Shown here piece by piece: positions 15,883 to 18,189 of a DNA stretch of 18,189 nucleotides. The position numbers and the translations under genes were made by a program. Under the pieces are notes generated by a model that was not told where the DNA came from, did not search any database, and saw only the letters and a list, made by a program, of their open reading frames with translations. The first letter of the stretch is position 1. The number at the start of each line of letters is the position of its first letter. Source of the DNA: Candidatus Nanohaloarchaea archaeon (GTDB lineage: Archaea; Nanohalarchaeota; Nanosalinia; Nanosalinales; Nanosalinaceae); the NCBI GenBank assembly GCA_041639695.1, contig JBEQBQ010000019.1, positions 1 through 18,189 on the forward strand, written 5' to 3'.

Positions 15883-16939
15883 CTATATCTTGCCAAGCTC
15901 GTCCGCTGCTATAACAAACATGGCGTGCGACCACGCAAGAGGTTTAATACCCTTACGCTCGTCCTCAAATACTTGTTCTGGTATGAACCTTCCTTCGATC
16001 TTATCGACCTGTTCGTGGAAAAGATGTTTGGCACGCTCTTCTTCACCGGTTCTAGATAATGCTATGATGTGCCAGAAACTTAGAAGCGGCCATGCACCAG
16101 CACCTTGTCCAAGTGGTCGGTATGATGGATAATACCGTCATACATATCGCCTTCGTATCTTATAACACCATTCTCGTTCATCAGTTTGTCTTCGACCATA
16201 TCAATCGATTTTTGAAGCCTCCATCTTCTTCAAGAACGTTAAAAGGCCATGCAAGGCCGAGAATGGAGGCATCGATCGAATCGTCTGAAACCTCGCCAAA
16301 AGAACGGTAGTAATATTCTTCTCCATGTTGCCTTAGTCGTGACTGCATTTCCTCTGCGGTCTTCCGCCATTTTTCCTCCTCAAATCTGTCGGCAGCCATG
16401 AAGAGTGCTTTCGAACAGGCTGCCAGTGTATAAGTAAAGTTCTCGTTTTTGTCGTGATAGGCGGTTCTTTCTTCCCAGAGATCGTGAGTGTCCTGATGGA
16501 AAGAGTTCTCGTGCCACTGGCTCCACAGTCCATCGGCAAGCAAGTGTACCGTGTCACTCATCTTTTCATCAAGATTATTATGTGTTTCAAGTATTGACCA
16601 GAGAAGTGCTGCGGCCTGATCCGGCTGGTACTGGTGTCCGAACTCGGTGTCGCGAGGACCGTTCGTGCCGTAACGCTGGAAGATTAATCCCGAATCTGAG
16701 AACCCTTCTGCCCTATCGTGAAGCCACTCGATGAACTTGTCCTCAAGTTCTTGCATTCCTAAGAGCTTCTCGGCGTAGATAACGAAAGCGGCATCCCGCG
16801 GCCAGACAAAACGGTAGTTAGAAACGTTTTCGGGGTAGTATTCTTTATCGGAGTTAGCGGCGACAATCGCACCGTTCTCGATCTGGCAGTCCCTGATAAC
16901 TTCCCGGGATGACTCGATTAACTCGTCTACCCTGTCCAT
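15883..16939 (-). pseudogene. GH15 glucoamylase-like glycoside hydrolase interrupted by two frameshifts (pseudogene or sequencing error)
   Basis: Frame 1 has YRFVWPRDAA, QPDQ, DLWEE and DASILGL. Frame 2 has KSIDMVEDKL...GVIRYEGDMYDG. Frame 3 has GAGAWPLLSFW...IPEQVF...PLAWSHAMF, ending at TAG 15885-15883. Adding two bases gives a 352-aa protein. Confidence 0.88.
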
Positions 16940-16962
16940 AACACCAGTTTCTTGGTTCTCCG

Positions 16963-17667
16963 TTAAATATTGTTGAGGAAATCAAACATCGAATCAAGCA
17001 GCCTCTTGTTCGCCGTGTCCGACATCTTATGTTTCTCTCCTTCAAACATTTCGACCTTGATATCGTTGTCCATTTTCTTGGCTGCCTTCCAACTCCATTT
17101 TGGATGTACTGTTGTGTCTGCCTGTCCATGGAAGAACGCGACAGGTATTTCTAGGCTTTCTGCAACTTCGTCAAACTTGTAGTCTTCGAGGTCGTTGACA
17201 AAACGATGGTCTACGGTCTTGTCCCCGAAGTGGGTGTAGCTGCCTTTCTCCTCTACGACCGCTTTAAACTTCTCCATCGTGTCGTTGTAGGTTACCGGTG
17301 ACTTAGCAATTACTGCTTCAGGATTTGATTCCGAGGCATGTTGAAAAACGACTTTACCGCCGAAGCTCATGCCAAAAGTCACGAACTTATCAGGGTTAAA
17401 AAATTCTATAACGGTATTTAGATCTTTGATTCTGGAGCTTAAGGTCTGTTCTATGAAATCGCCGTCACTCTCGCCGTTTCCGCGAAAATCTAGTCTTACA
17501 GCGTTCCAGCCTTCTTCGACAGCTCTCTCGCATCTTTTAACATAACTGCCTTCTTTGTCGGTTCCGAAGCCGTGGCAGAAAAATATCCATTTGTCCGACT
17601 CTGTTTCGTGATGGACTGCTGAAACGGATTCGCCATCTTCGATCTCCACGAAATATTTTTTGCTCAT
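16963..17667 (-). CDS. Alpha/beta-fold serine hydrolase
   Basis: CHGFG oxyanion motif, DFRGNGES, GMSFGG nucleophile elbow, HGQADTTV (Asp) and EGEKH (His). Confidence 0.92.
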   Translation of the reverse strand: MSKKYFVEIEDGESVSAVHHETESDKWIFFCHGFGTDKEGSYVKRCERAVEEGWNAVRLDFRGNGESDGDFIEQTLSSRIKDLNTVIEFFNPDKFVTFGMSFGGKVVFQHASESNPEAVIAKSPVTYNDTMEKFKAVVEEKGSYTHFGDKTVDHRFVNDLEDYKFDEVAESLEIPVAFFHGQADTTVHPKWSWKAAKKMDNDIKVEMFEGEKHKMSDTANKRLLDSMFDFLNNI

Positions 17668-17722
17668 ACTTTGGTTTCGTTCCTGCTGTCTTCTTAGGTT
17701 TTCCCCGGGATCTTTCCAAACC

Positions 17723-17730
17723 TATTTATT
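17723..17730 (+). promoter_or_regulatory. TATA box of the secreted protein gene
   Basis: TATTTATT 23-30 nt upstream of ATG 17753. Confidence 0.55.
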
Positions 17731-17752
17731 TAGAGCTCTTACATTCGGTTGC

Positions 17753-18189
17753 ATGAAAGCGAAAAAGATCGCTCTTGCCACATCTCTAATGGTTTTAGGA
17801 GTTTCAGCCGCTTTCGCGGCATCAGACGTTCAACTCAGTCAAGGGGTCGAAATAGAACTAGTCGATATTAACTCTAGTATATTCATGGGCCAGGACTACA
17901 ACTTTACCAACGTGACGGTCTATGGATCTGCTGTGGAGTTTACTAACAACAGTGTTTCGAACAATATCAGTGTTAAATCTAATACTTCAACAGAGATAAA
18001 CTCTACTCTAGACAAATACGATCTTGATAGTCCTGACTCCGGGACCGAAGTTTTCAAGATTGAAACCAGTGCTGATTCATCTGAAAACGTGAATGTGACG
18101 TTTGATCTGGATGCAAGCTCTATAAGTAATGGAGAGTACCATTTGGATGTCAACGGAAACAGTCTGGACACCTTCTCCACGGGCAACCT
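17753..18189 (+). CDS. Secreted or cell-surface glycoprotein (N-terminal part, runs off the window)
   Basis: Not in the ORF track. Manual translation gives MKAKKIALATSLMVLGVSAAFA/ASDVQLSQG..., open to the window end, with a Sec-type signal peptide and 8 N-x-S/T sequons. Confidence 0.85.
   Translation, partial: MKAKKIALATSLMVLGVSAAFAASDVQLSQGVEIELVDINSSIFMGQDYNFTNVTVYGSAVEFTNNSVSNNISVKSNTSTEINSTLDKYDLDSPDSGTEVFKIETSADSSENVNVTFDLDASSISNGEYHLDVNGNSLDTFSTGN

Noticed and set aside
16083-16229. Programmed ribosomal frameshifting in GH15
   Set aside because: It would need two consecutive -1 shifts, and the second site has no slippery heptamer. Sequencing error or decay is simpler.
15803-16310. Plus-strand ORFs 15803..16132 and 16092..16310 as real genes
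   Set aside because: They are antisense to the frameshifted GH15 C-terminal segments, which carry clear family motifs.
1-18189. tRNA, rRNA, CRISPR, IS or provirus
   Set aside because: Intergenic gaps are at most about 110 bp, with no cloverleaf, repeat-spacer array, transposase or integrase visible.

Overview
Gene-dense archaeal window with acidic proteins, archaeal-type LeuRS and TPI, moderate GC and minimal or overlapping intergenic spaces. This fits a halophilic DPANN genome, most likely Nanohaloarchaeota (inference, no marker search run). Left: the 5' part of leuS (minus, truncated), then a block with two minD paralogues, a degenerate pilin-like gene and two ~238-aa exported proteins whose twin-arginine-like signals sit ~60 residues inside the protein. 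Centre and right: an ~11.7 kb alpha-glucan/glycogen and upper-glycolysis cluster containing an HxHxQ HIT protein, phosphohexomutase, ADP-dependent sugar kinase, TPI, debranching enzyme, GT3 glycogen synthase, PGI, an N-domain-only GT4, a full GT4 and a GH15 glucoamylase-like gene broken by two single-base frameshifts. An alpha/beta hydrolase and the start of a secreted, sequon-rich protein follow. Most transcription units have a TATA-like box about 23-32 nt upstream of the ATG, suggesting leaderless mRNAs. No tRNA, rRNA, CRISPR or mobile element was recognised.
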